Positions 21,744-31,127 of a DNA stretch of 64,000 nt are shown here, one piece after another. The notes under the pieces were generated by a model. It worked only from the letters and a program-made list of their open reading frames with translations. It had not been told where the DNA came from and ran no database searches. A program made the translations under genes and the position numbers. Source of the DNA: a virus; IMG/VR virus record IMGVR_UViG_3300020392_000011, positions 4,634 to 68,633 of that record. One strand, written 5' to 3'. Numbering within the stretch: position 1 is the stretch's first letter; each line of letters begins with the position of its first letter.

Positions 21744-23243
21744 ATGGCAGAATTTTTTGGTTTCGAAATCAAAAGAAAAACAGCAGAAAAGCCAAGTGCA
21801 CTTTCATTTGTACCAAAAACAGATGAAGATGGAGCTGGTGTTATTCAAGCTGGTGGACACTTTGGAGCTTACCTAGACATAGATGGTGATAAAGCTAAAA
21901 GTGAAATAGATTTAATATTAAAATACAGAGACATAGCATCTCAACCTGAGTGCGATGCAGCTGTAGAAGATATAGTGAATGAATCCATTGTAGGTAACCA
22001 CGATGGAGCACCTCTAAATTTAATATTAGATGAAGTTGATGCATCTAGTAAAATTAAAAAATCTGTGCAAGCAGAGTTTACACACATATTAAGGTTATTA
22101 AACTTTAATTCATATGCACATGATATATACAGAAGATGGTATGTAGATGGTAGATTACCATATCATATAATCATCGACCAGAACAATCCAAAGGGTGGTA
22201 TAAAAGAATTAAGATATATTGACCCTACTAAATTAAGAAAAGTTAAAGAGGTCACAGAAAAGGATGACCCTAAAACTGGAGCTAAGGTTATAACCAAGCA
22301 GAAGGAATATTATATGTTCCAAGATAATGCAATGGGTAAATATAATCAAGGTTTAAAAATACATCCAGATTCTATAGCATACGCTACATCTGGTGTTATG
22401 GACCAATCCAGAAAAAGAATCATGAGTTATTTACAAAAGGCTATTAAGCCAGTAAATCAACTTAGAATGATGGAGGACTCACTTGTTATATACAGAATAA
22501 GTAGAGCTCCAGAACGAAGAATATTTTATATTGATGTTGGTAACTTACCTAAAGGTAAGGCGGAAGAATATCTAAAAAATATTATGAATCAATATAGAAA
22601 TAAACTAATATATGATGCTCAAACTGGTGATATAAAAGACGATAAGAAACATATGTCAATGTTAGAAGACTTCTTCTTACCAAGAAGAGAAGGTGGAAGA
22701 GGTACTGAAATATCAACATTACCAGGTGGAGATAATTTAGGACAAATAGATGATATAATCTATTTCCAAAAGAAATTATATAGAAGTTTAAATGTTCCAA
22801 TTAATAGATTAGAACAAGAATCACAATTTTCTTTAGGTAGAGCTTCTGAAATAACAAGAGATGAAGTTAAGTTTAAGAAATTTATTGATAGATTAAGGAA
22901 GAGATTCTCAGATTTATTTATGCAATTACTTAAAACACAATTAATACTTAAAGGTATTATTACTAAAGAAGATTGGGGCAATTGGAAAGAAGATATCGCT
23001 TTTGATTATATCGAGGATAATTATTTTGCTGAATTAAAAGAAGCAGAAATTTGGAAAGAGCGATTTGATATGCTTGGTTCATTAGATGAATTTGTTGGTA
23101 CATATATTTCTAATGAATGGGTAAGAAAACATGTTCTTAGGTTATCTGATGAGGATATAGATCTAATGCAGAAGCAAATAGATAAAGAAACTCAATCGGG
23201 TGATAATATAATGCCGGATCCAGATGATCCAAGGTTTGGTTAA
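21744..23243 (+). CDS. gp20: Portal vertex protein
   Basis: YRISRAPERRIFYIDVGNLPK, EDFFLPRREGGRGTEI. Confidence 0.97.
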   Translation: MAEFFGFEIKRKTAEKPSALSFVPKTDEDGAGVIQAGGHFGAYLDIDGDKAKSEIDLILKYRDIASQPECDAAVEDIVNESIVGNHDGAPLNLILDEVDASSKIKKSVQAEFTHILRLLNFNSYAHDIYRRWYVDGRLPYHIIIDQNNPKGGIKELRYIDPTKLRKVKEVTEKDDPKTGAKVITKQKEYYMFQDNAMGKYNQGLKIHPDSIAYATSGVMDQSRKRIMSYLQKAIKPVNQLRMMEDSLVIYRISRAPERRIFYIDVGNLPKGKAEEYLKNIMNQYRNKLIYDAQTGDIKDDKKHMSMLEDFFLPRREGGRGTEISTLPGGDNLGQIDDIIYFQKKLYRSLNVPINRLEQESQFSLGRASEITRDEVKFKKFIDRLRKRFSDLFMQLLKTQLILKGIITKEDWGNWKEDIAFDYIEDNYFAELKEAEIWKERFDMLGSLDEFVGTYISNEWVRKHVLRLSDEDIDLMQKQIDKETQSGDNIMPDPDDPRFG

Positions 23244-23281
23244 GAACAACATTATTATAAATAAAGGTATAGGAAATAAAT

Positions 23282-23446
23282 ATGAGTATTGAGAATTTAA
23301 TTAATGATTTGAAAAATGGTGATAATGTTTCAGCTAATAAAAACTTTGATAAAGTAATGGCTGATAAAATTTCACAAGGTTTAGACGCCAAGAAGATAGA
23401 AATAGCATCTAATATTGGTAAAAAGCCAGAGGAAACAGAAGATTAA
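23282..23446 (+). CDS. gp67: Prohead core protein (gp67-like, 54 aa)
   Basis: MSIENLINDLKNGDNVSANKNFDKVMADKISQGLDAKKIEIAS; between gp20 and gp21, after the late promoter at 23256; not in the ORF track. Confidence 0.7.
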   Translation: MSIENLINDLKNGDNVSANKNFDKVMADKISQGLDAKKIEIASNIGKKPEETED

Positions 23447-23460
23447 TCTAGAGGATTAAC

Positions 23461-24117
23461 ATGAAGCTAATAGCAGAATATAACGATAGCCATTTAGAAG
23501 TTATCGAAGAAAAAGTAAACGGTAAGAAATCTCTTGCAATTGAAGGCGTATTCATGCAAGCAGATAAGAAAAACCGTAACGGCCGAGTTTATGAGAGAAA
23601 AATCTTAGAAAAAGCCGTAGATAAATACGTTACAGAACAAGTAAAGACTGGTAGAGCGGTCGGAGAGTTAAATCACCCTGACGGACCGACTATCAATCTT
23701 GATAAAGTTTCACATAAGATCACAGATCTCAGATTTGAGGGAAGTGATGTTATTGGAAAAGCTTCAATCTTAAAAACCCCTATGGGACAAATCGTTGAAG
23801 GTTTGCTCGATGGCGGTGTAAAGCTTGGAGTATCAAGTCGTGGTATGGGTAGTCTTGTGCAGAAACAAGGTACGACATTCGTGAATGACGACTTTTTATT
23901 AGCCACTGTTGATATAGTACAGGATCCTAGTGCTCCTGAGGCTTTTGTCAATGGTATAATGGAAGGCGTTGATTGGATATGGGAGAATGGCGTATTAGTT
24001 CCACAGGAAATTGAAAGAATTGAGACTGAAATAAAAGAAGCTAGACCGTCGGTTAGACCGGCCGTCGAAATAAGAGCTTTCAAAAATTTCCTCTCTAAAC
24101 TCAAAAACTCTAATTAA
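23461..24117 (+). CDS. gp21: Prohead core protease
   Basis: NRNGRVY, GELNHP, GVSSRGMGS, DIVQDPSAP. Confidence 0.96.
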   Translation: MKLIAEYNDSHLEVIEEKVNGKKSLAIEGVFMQADKKNRNGRVYERKILEKAVDKYVTEQVKTGRAVGELNHPDGPTINLDKVSHKITDLRFEGSDVIGKASILKTPMGQIVEGLLDGGVKLGVSSRGMGSLVQKQGTTFVNDDFLLATVDIVQDPSAPEAFVNGIMEGVDWIWENGVLVPQEIERIETEIKEARPSVRPAVEIRAFKNFLSKLKNSN

Positions 24118-24129
24118 GGGAGAAAAATT

Positions 24130-25287
24130 ATGTCAATCGACGAAAATAAAGTAGAAAACGAAATAGTCGAAGGCGTTGAAGAGGAGCAACTTCAAGAGAG
24201 CGAAGAAGTTTCTGAAGAGCTTGTTGAAAATGAGAATTTAGACGAGGAAGCAGAAGCGGAAGCTGAAGAAGTTACTGAAATGCACGGTAAGGAAGAAGAA
24301 GAGGAAGAAGACGAGGACGACAAAAAGGAATCCAAAGTCAAAGAAATTACTATTCCAAAAACTAAAGCTGGTGTAATTCAAGCTGCTGTCGAAATGCTTA
24401 AAAAGGCTAGAAAAGAAGACGCGCAAAAACTTTTTGCTAAAATGTCAAAAATGGACGAATCCGAAGATGACGGTTCAGTTAAGAAAGCTATTGATGCTGT
24501 AAAACCTGAAAAGGACAAATCAATTAAAGCTAAGCCTAGCGATGCTAGTGCTAAAATTGAATCAGTTGACTTTGAAGAAGATTTAGATGCATTAGTTGCA
24601 GAAGAAGCTACACTTTCTGATGAATTCAGAGGAAAAGCTGGAGCTATCTTTGAAGCAGTATTAACATCTAAGCTTTCAGCTCAAATTGATAGATTAGAAA
24701 GCGAATACGCGCAAAACCTCGAAGAAGAAGTAACTGAAATTCAGAACGGCTTAGTCGAGAAGGTAGATTCATACCTAAACTATGTAGTTGAAAACTGGAT
24801 GAAAGAAAATGAAATAGCAGTAACTGAAGGTTTAAGAACTGAAATTGCTGAAGAATTCATGTCTTCATTACAAACAGTATTCAAGGAACATTATATTGAA
24901 GTTCCAGAAGGAAAAGATGATCTAGTGGAAGATTTACATTCACAGGTTTCTGAACTAGAAGAACAACTCAATAAATCCACAGAAGATTCAATCGATCTAT
25001 TTAATAAAGTTCAATCTTACGAGAGAGCTGAAGTAGTAAGAGAAGCATCTTCAGGGCTTGCTGAAACTGAAGCTGAAAAATTAGCATCTTTAGTTGAAGA
25101 TATAGAATTTGATAACAAAGAAAATTTCGAAATGAAAGTAGTAACTGTTAAAGAATCTTACTTCAAGAAAGAAGTTAACGAATCAGTTGACGAAGTAGAC
25201 AGTCTCTTAGGAGAAGATAATCAAGAAGTTGATATGTCAGATTCTATGACTAGATACACACAAGCTATAACAAAATTTAATAAGTAA
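24130..25287 (+). CDS. gp22: Prohead core scaffold protein
   Basis: Very acidic coiled coil, VDSYLNYVVENWMKEN; position before the major capsid gene. Confidence 0.93.
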   Translation: MSIDENKVENEIVEGVEEEQLQESEEVSEELVENENLDEEAEAEAEEVTEMHGKEEEEEEDEDDKKESKVKEITIPKTKAGVIQAAVEMLKKARKEDAQKLFAKMSKMDESEDDGSVKKAIDAVKPEKDKSIKAKPSDASAKIESVDFEEDLDALVAEEATLSDEFRGKAGAIFEAVLTSKLSAQIDRLESEYAQNLEEEVTEIQNGLVEKVDSYLNYVVENWMKENEIAVTEGLRTEIAEEFMSSLQTVFKEHYIEVPEGKDDLVEDLHSQVSELEEQLNKSTEDSIDLFNKVQSYERAEVVREASSGLAETEAEKLASLVEDIEFDNKENFEMKVVTVKESYFKKEVNESVDEVDSLLGEDNQEVDMSDSMTRYTQAITKFNK

Positions 25288-25308
25288 AACATATAGGGGA
25301 AAACTAAA

Positions 25309-26637
25309 ATGTTTAATGCAGACGCAAATTTAATGGAAAAATGGGGTCCTGTTTTAGAGCACGATAGTGCACCTGAAATTAAGGATCGATACAAGAAAAG
25401 CGTAACAGCTAGATTGTTAGAAAACCAAGAAGTTGCCCTAAGACAAGAAGCTCAATACTCACAAGGTAATATGATATCTGAGGTTGCTGCAAACGCAACA
25501 GGTTCAAGTATCGATAACTTTGATCCAGTATTAATCTCTCTTGTTAGAAGAGCAATGCCAAACTTAATTGCATACGATATCTGTGGTGTTCAACCAATGA
25601 CTGGACCAACAGGTTTAATCTTTGCAATGAAAGCAAGATATGGTACTCAAGCTGGTGCTGAAGCTCTAGGTCTTGATGAAGCTGATACTGATTTCTCAGG
25701 AGCAGGAACTCATCAGAACGACGCAGGCGGCCCAACAGGTCTAGGCGGAGTTACAGACGCAGATACAGACGGTACTATTACTGATAATACTGACACAGTA
25801 TCTACATTCGGTACAGGTATGACTACAGCAGCTGCTGAAGGACTAGGCGCATCAGGCGGCGGTTCATTCGGTGAGATGGCTTTCTCAATCGAGAAATCAA
25901 CTGTCGAAGCTAAGTCAAGAGCTTTAAAAGCTGAGTACACAATGGAATTAGCACAAGACTTAAAAGCAATCCACGGTTTAGATGCTGAAGGCGAATTAGC
26001 TAACATCCTATCTGCTGAGATCCTAGCGGAAATCAACAGAGAAGTAGTTAGAACTATTCTCGAAAAAGCAAAAATCGGTGCTTTACAATCTTCAACAGCT
26101 GTATCTGGTATCTTCGATGTCAACACTGACTCAGATGGTAGATGGATGGTTGAAAGATTTAAAGGTCTTATCATGCAACTCGAAAGAGAAGCTAATGTTA
26201 TTGCTAAAGAAACAAGACGTGGAAAAGGTAACTATGTTATCGTTTCTTCAGACGTAGCTTCAGCACTAGCAGCAGCTGGTCAAATGGATTATACTCCAGC
26301 ATTGTCAACAGACTTAAACGTTGACGATACAGGTAACACTTTCGCAGGTGTTCTTAACGGTAAGCTAAAGGTCTACATTGATCCTTATGCAAACGTTGAT
26401 TTCGCATGTGTTGGTTACAGAGGTAATAACCCATACGACGCTGGTTTATTCTATTGCCCATACGTACCTTTAACTATGGTTAAAGCAGTTGGCGAGAGCG
26501 ACTTCCAGCCAAGAATCGGATTCAAAACAAGATATGGAATGCAACAAAACCCATTCGTGGGAAGTGCAACAGGTGCTGGTACAGCCAGATCTAACCCATA
26601 CTTCAGAATCTTCAGAATTGATGACATCATGGTGTAA
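25309..26637 (+). CDS. gp23: Major capsid protein
   Basis: LVRRAMPNLIAYDICGVQPMTGPTGLIFAM, SRALKAEYTMELAQDLKAIHGLDAE, FQPRIGFKTRYG. Confidence 0.98.
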   Translation: MFNADANLMEKWGPVLEHDSAPEIKDRYKKSVTARLLENQEVALRQEAQYSQGNMISEVAANATGSSIDNFDPVLISLVRRAMPNLIAYDICGVQPMTGPTGLIFAMKARYGTQAGAEALGLDEADTDFSGAGTHQNDAGGPTGLGGVTDADTDGTITDNTDTVSTFGTGMTTAAAEGLGASGGGSFGEMAFSIEKSTVEAKSRALKAEYTMELAQDLKAIHGLDAEGELANILSAEILAEINREVVRTILEKAKIGALQSSTAVSGIFDVNTDSDGRWMVERFKGLIMQLEREANVIAKETRRGKGNYVIVSSDVASALAAAGQMDYTPALSTDLNVDDTGNTFAGVLNGKLKVYIDPYANVDFACVGYRGNNPYDAGLFYCPYVPLTMVKAVGESDFQPRIGFKTRYGMQQNPFVGSATGAGTARSNPYFRIFRIDDIMV

Positions 26638-26663
26638 GCCACTGATTAATTAATCAGATTCAC

Positions 26664-26691
26664 GAGAGGGATCCTAGATCCCTCTCTTTTT
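26664..26691 (+). terminator. Rho-independent terminator after gp23
   Basis: GAGAGGGATC-CTA-GATCCCTCTC followed by a T run. Confidence 0.9.
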
Positions 26692-26707
26692 GCTTATAAA
26701 TAGATAT

Positions 26708-27169
26708 ATGGCAACATTAACTACAAATAAAAACTTTCTATCACCTGTCGGGTTTCAATTTACTATTAACCGACAGAAATTCCCTAACATTGAATATTTC
26801 TGCACTGCAGCTAGTTTACCATCGTTAAGTTTAGGTTCAGTCGAATTACCTTATCGTGGTGTAACACTAACAGATGCTGGTAACAGATTAGATTTCGGTG
26901 AGCTAACATTAGCATTTAATGTAACTGAAGACTTGGAAAATTATATAGAAACATTTAATTGGATGCACGATTTTGTAAACAAAAAAGGTGACTTCAAAGA
27001 AGATGCAACTTTATTAATTCTTAATAGTCATAGTAATTTATCAAAAGAAGTTAGATTTAATGGCATATTTCCAACGGCTTTAGATGCATTAGAATTTGAT
27101 ACAAAGGCAGGCGTTGAATATTTAAGTGCAACTGTAACATTTGAATATACATCATACGAATTTAAATAA
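26708..27169 (+). CDS. gp3: Tail tube terminator / completion protein
   Basis: NFLSPVGFQF, YFCTAASLP, VTEDLENY; late promoter at 26695. Confidence 0.85.
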   Translation: MATLTTNKNFLSPVGFQFTINRQKFPNIEYFCTAASLPSLSLGSVELPYRGVTLTDAGNRLDFGELTLAFNVTEDLENYIETFNWMHDFVNKKGDFKEDATLLILNSHSNLSKEVRFNGIFPTALDALEFDTKAGVEYLSATVTFEYTSYEFK

Positions 27170-27172
27170 ACC

Positions 27173-27201
27173 TGTACTTTTATATAATCTTATGGTATAA
27201 T
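27173..27201 (+). promoter_or_regulatory. Early/middle promoter, TGTAC(T)-N17-TATAAT, for uvsY
   Basis: Member of the repeated promoter family with a TGG-extended -10. Confidence 0.75.
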
Positions 27202-27226
27202 ATATACTATATGATATGAGGATATT

Positions 27227-27673
27227 ATGAATACATTAGAACAAATATTAGAAATGTGGAAAAAAGATTCTGAAATAAAGGATCTTGCACTTGATGAATC
27301 ATCTAGGGACTCGGCAAAGCTCCACGGTAAATACCTAGAATTACTTAGCGTTAATCGTCTCAGATTAAAAAAGCTTGAACTTGAATTTAAAGTGCTACTT
27401 AAGGACAAATGGTCGCATTATAACGGCAAATTAAGTCAAGAAGAAATGGACGATAAAGGATGGGATTATGATCCATTAAATGGACTCACTGTCTTAAAAG
27501 GCGATATGGATAAATTTTATGACTCAGATCCAGTGATACAAGAGCATCAAGCTAGAATTCAATACACACAAGAAATATGCGATACACTTAAAGAAATAAT
27601 GGACACTATTAAGTGGAGACATCAGACAATTAAGAATATGATTGAGTGGAGAAAATTCACTAGTGGAATATAA
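27227..27673 (+). CDS. uvsY: Recombination mediator UvsY
   Basis: WKKDSEI, LHGKYL, IKNMIEWRKF. Confidence 0.9.
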   Translation: MNTLEQILEMWKKDSEIKDLALDESSRDSAKLHGKYLELLSVNRLRLKKLELEFKVLLKDKWSHYNGKLSQEEMDDKGWDYDPLNGLTVLKGDMDKFYDSDPVIQEHQARIQYTQEICDTLKEIMDTIKWRHQTIKNMIEWRKFTSGI

Positions 27674-28520
27674 GATACATCAATATAGACATTCTAATTT
27701 TACACAATACGAAAAAGTTATTAGACAGGCTCTAAATGAGCTTGGTCATACTGAGTCAGATAATCCAGAGTTAAACATATATAATCACTGCCATTTATCA
27801 GAACTAAGCACAGAAAATAATTTAATATTTAAACCAACAGCACCTTCAGCTAATTATTTTGCTATAGATACAATAGGATATGCAAGTGCATCTAAACTTG
27901 CTTTTGAAGAACCTCATACTTTAAACTACATATTTTCTAATAACATATTTAATCTAATAAATGAGAAATCTAATAAATGGGATGATTCTATAATGTTAAA
28001 ATGGCGTAAACCAAAAAATGTTCCAAAGGATCATATCTTAATTATAGGGCAAATGCCAGATGACGAAAGTGTAACAGGGCATAGTTTTGGTGGACATATA
28101 GAAAAGATTACAGCAATAATAAAAGAATTAAAAGGTGAAAATATATTACTAAAATTGCACCCTAGATATAAGCCTACTAAAAAATTTATGGTATTATGCG
28201 AACAATATGGTGTAGAAGTAATGAAAGGATACTATAGTATTCATGACATATTACCACATACTAAAGTAGCAATAATAGAAAATAGCACAGCTGGAATAGA
28301 ATGTTTAATGCATAATGTTCCTATAATATCTTATGGTTGGCCAGAATATCATTGGGCTACTCATAAATTGCAATCACTTACAGAATTAAAAGGATTGGTA
28401 AATAACCTAGATTGGTACGATGAGCTATATGCTGGTGATTTTATAAATTGGTATATAAATAGTTATTTGTGCAGTGATGTACATAGCACTAAAGAAAGAT
28501 TGAAAGAACTTGGATATTAA
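27663..28520 (+). CDS. Capsule-synthesis-like (KpsS/KpsC family) glycosyltransferase
   Basis: ILIIGQMPDDES, LLKLHP, ENSTAGIECLMHNVPIISYG; GTG start at 27663 is assumed. Confidence 0.65.
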   Translation: MEYKIHQYRHSNFTQYEKVIRQALNELGHTESDNPELNIYNHCHLSELSTENNLIFKPTAPSANYFAIDTIGYASASKLAFEEPHTLNYIFSNNIFNLINEKSNKWDDSIMLKWRKPKNVPKDHILIIGQMPDDESVTGHSFGGHIEKITAIIKELKGENILLKLHPRYKPTKKFMVLCEQYGVEVMKGYYSIHDILPHTKVAIIENSTAGIECLMHNVPIISYGWPEYHWATHKLQSLTELKGLVNNLDWYDELYAGDFINWYINSYLCSDVHSTKERLKELGY

Positions 28521-30003
28521 AATAAAGAAAAAGAACGAAGCGTTCTTACATATTACTACTGAAGCTAGCATAGAGCAAGAGTTATCAGAACATTTTTGTT
28601 TCTATGTACCTGGATATAAATTCATGCCTGCATATAAAAACCGTATGTGGGACGGAAAAATACGGCTTTTTGACATGCGTAAAAAGGTATTATATACAGG
28701 TCTTTTTGAGTATCTTAAGGAATTCGCAGAGCTACGGAATTATACAATTACGGTCGAAGAAGATGCCTTCTATGGAAGGCCTGACGAGGACCTAAACCAC
28801 GACATAGATGCCTTTTTAAGTGAAATACGGCTTAGTGTGAACAAAGAGGGTATAACCCCTCGCGATTACCAACTAACGGCACTCTCGCTCTTGCTAAATA
28901 AATCTAGAAGCCTTTTATTATCACCAACGGCATCTGGTAAATCATTAATCATATATCTAGCCTTAAGATATTACCTAGAATTTTATGATAATGATGTATT
29001 GATTGTAGTCCCTACTACATCACTTGTCGAACAGATGTATTCAGACTTTGCTGATTACTCAGAATTTGATAGTTGGAATGCACAAACCGAATGCCACAGA
29101 ATTTATGCAGGTAAAGAAAAATATAACTTTAGGGAAAGGGTTACTATCACTACATGGCAATCAATTTATAAAGAGAAACACGAATGGTTCCAAAGATATG
29201 GTATGGTAATCGGCGACGAGGCTCACAATTTTAAAGCTAAATCATTGACAGCTATATTAGAAAAATGCACGGAGGCTAAATTTAGAATAGGAACTACTGG
29301 TACATTAGATGGAACACAAACTCATCAGTTAGTATTGGAAGGTTTATTTGGTCCTGTGCATAAGGTCACTACGACCAAAGAACTTATAGATAGAAGTGCA
29401 CTAGCTAATTTAGATATTAAAGTATTATTATTGAAGTATAAAGATGATATATGTAAAATGGTGGCAAAATCTAAATACCAGGAAGAGGTCGACTTTATAG
29501 TTAAGTATGAACCTCGTAATAATTTTATTGCTAATTTAGCTACAGATTTAAAAGGAAATACATTAGTGCTATTCCAATTTGTTGAAAAACATGGAAAGCC
29601 TTTACATGATATTTTAAAAACTAAAATAGAAAAGGGTAGAAAACTGTTTTATGTATCAGGAGAAACAGACGTCGATACGAGAGAGTCGATCCGTGAGATT
29701 ACCGAGACCCAAGAGAATGCCATTATTGTTGCTTCCATGGGTACTTTTTCTACAGGGATTAACATTAGGCGTCTTCATAATATTATATTTGCTTCACCGT
29801 CTAAAAGCCAAATTAGAGTCCTTCAGTCAATCGGCCGAGGATTAAGAAAAACTAAAGACGGTATGGACACAAAAGTATTTGATATAGCTGATGATTTGCA
29901 TTGGAAATCTAAAAAGAATTATACATTAAATCATGCAGCTGTAAGAATTAAAATATATGCAAAAGAGAAATTTAATTACGAAATTCATGAAGTACCCTTA
30001 TAA
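28510..30003 (+). CDS. uvsW: UvsW SF2 helicase
   Basis: WDGKIRL, SPTASGKS, GDEAH, LQSIGRGLR. Confidence 0.96.
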   Translation: MDIKIKKKNEAFLHITTEASIEQELSEHFCFYVPGYKFMPAYKNRMWDGKIRLFDMRKKVLYTGLFEYLKEFAELRNYTITVEEDAFYGRPDEDLNHDIDAFLSEIRLSVNKEGITPRDYQLTALSLLLNKSRSLLLSPTASGKSLIIYLALRYYLEFYDNDVLIVVPTTSLVEQMYSDFADYSEFDSWNAQTECHRIYAGKEKYNFRERVTITTWQSIYKEKHEWFQRYGMVIGDEAHNFKAKSLTAILEKCTEAKFRIGTTGTLDGTQTHQLVLEGLFGPVHKVTTTKELIDRSALANLDIKVLLLKYKDDICKMVAKSKYQEEVDFIVKYEPRNNFIANLATDLKGNTLVLFQFVEKHGKPLHDILKTKIEKGRKLFYVSGETDVDTRESIREITETQENAIIVASMGTFSTGINIRRLHNIIFASPSKSQIRVLQSIGRGLRKTKDGMDTKVFDIADDLHWKSKKNYTLNHAAVRIKIYAKEKFNYEIHEVPL

Positions 30004-30013
30004 ATAGTATTGT

Positions 30014-30424
30014 ATGACAGAAAAAGCTTTAGATATAAGACATTTTAAAATGATTAATGGCGACGAAGTGTTGGCACTCGTTAATCAAAATAATGATACT
30101 AATATGTTAGTTGAAAGGCCCGTGTTGGTAAATCAGAACATGCTAGGTGGCTATACATTTGCACCATGGTTTCCTTTCAGTAAAGCTTCTTTATTTCGTA
30201 TTATGAAAAACAGAATCATTGCATCAGTTAAGATCGATGAAAAAATACAACAGAATTACATTAACTTCGTGTTACAAAAAGAACAACCAGAAGCTAAAAT
30301 ACAGTCGACATCTGAGTTGTTAGATAATTATCGCGATGCTTTAATGGCTGAACATGCTGCCAGAGAAGAGGTATATGAGGACTATGTGGAAGAGGAAGAG
30401 ATAAATGACCCGACCATTCATTAG
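30014..30424 (+). CDS. Conserved T4-like hypothetical protein (Sm-like fold)
   Basis: FKMINGDEVLA...FAPWFPFS, ending PTIH; between uvsW and gp55. Confidence 0.65.
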   Translation: MTEKALDIRHFKMINGDEVLALVNQNNDTNMLVERPVLVNQNMLGGYTFAPWFPFSKASLFRIMKNRIIASVKIDEKIQQNYINFVLQKEQPEAKIQSTSELLDNYRDALMAEHAAREEVYEDYVEEEEINDPTIH

Positions 30425-30462
30425 CCTAGATCTATATTCCACCTTCCCCGGTATGCTATATT

Positions 30463-30496
30463 ATTATACCACGTTTCTAATGCTTTGTACAGTGTT
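30463..30496 (-). promoter_or_regulatory. Antisense copy of the early/middle promoter
   Basis: Minus strand reads AACAC-TGTACA-N17-TATAAT with a TGG extension. Confidence 0.8.
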
Positions 30497-30516
30497 ATTT
30501 GCAAATTAAATAAACC

Positions 30517-30545
30517 TGTACATTGTAACTGAAGTATGGTATAAT
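30517..30545 (+). promoter_or_regulatory. Early/middle promoter for gp55
   Basis: TGTACA-N17-TATAAT. Confidence 0.8.
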
Positions 30546-30566
30546 AGAACATTATGGAGAAAAGTA

Positions 30567-31127
30567 ATGAGTAAAAATAAAGCACATTATATTAACAATA
30601 AAGAATTCTCATTGGCCGTAGTAGATTATGTCAGTGATAAGAATGAAGCTGAAGCTAAAGGTAAGCCTATTCCAAAGGTAACCGATTATATAGCAAGATG
30701 TTTTATTAAAATCGCTGAAGGCCTTTCACACAGACCAAACTTTGTACGATATACTTATCGTGAAGAAATGGTTATGGATGCTGTAGAGAATTGCTTAAGA
30801 GCTATTGGTAATTATAATTTGGAAACAGCAACTAGAACTGGAAAGCCTAACGCATTTTCTTATTTCACACAAATTTGTTATTTTGCTTTTATTAGAAGAA
30901 TCACAAAAGAGAAGAAGCAACAAGACATAAAATTTAGATTTATTGAAAAAATGGGTATTGAAGAATTTGTTGAAGCTGGTATGGATAACGAAATGGCAGC
31001 AGAAACTATGGCTTATGTAGATACATTAAAACAAAGAATATCACAAGTAAGAGCGGTAGACAACAAAATTAAGAAATTTGCAAAAGCGGAGAAGGCTCGA
31101 GAGAAACTAGAGCTATTCATGAGATGA
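30567..31127 (+). CDS. gp55: Late transcription sigma factor
   Basis: HYINNKEF, IAEGLSHRPNFVRYTYREEMVMDAVENC, NAFSYFTQI. Confidence 0.96.
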   Translation: MSKNKAHYINNKEFSLAVVDYVSDKNEAEAKGKPIPKVTDYIARCFIKIAEGLSHRPNFVRYTYREEMVMDAVENCLRAIGNYNLETATRTGKPNAFSYFTQICYFAFIRRITKEKKQQDIKFRFIEKMGIEEFVEAGMDNEMAAETMAYVDTLKQRISQVRAVDNKIKKFAKAEKAREKLELFMR

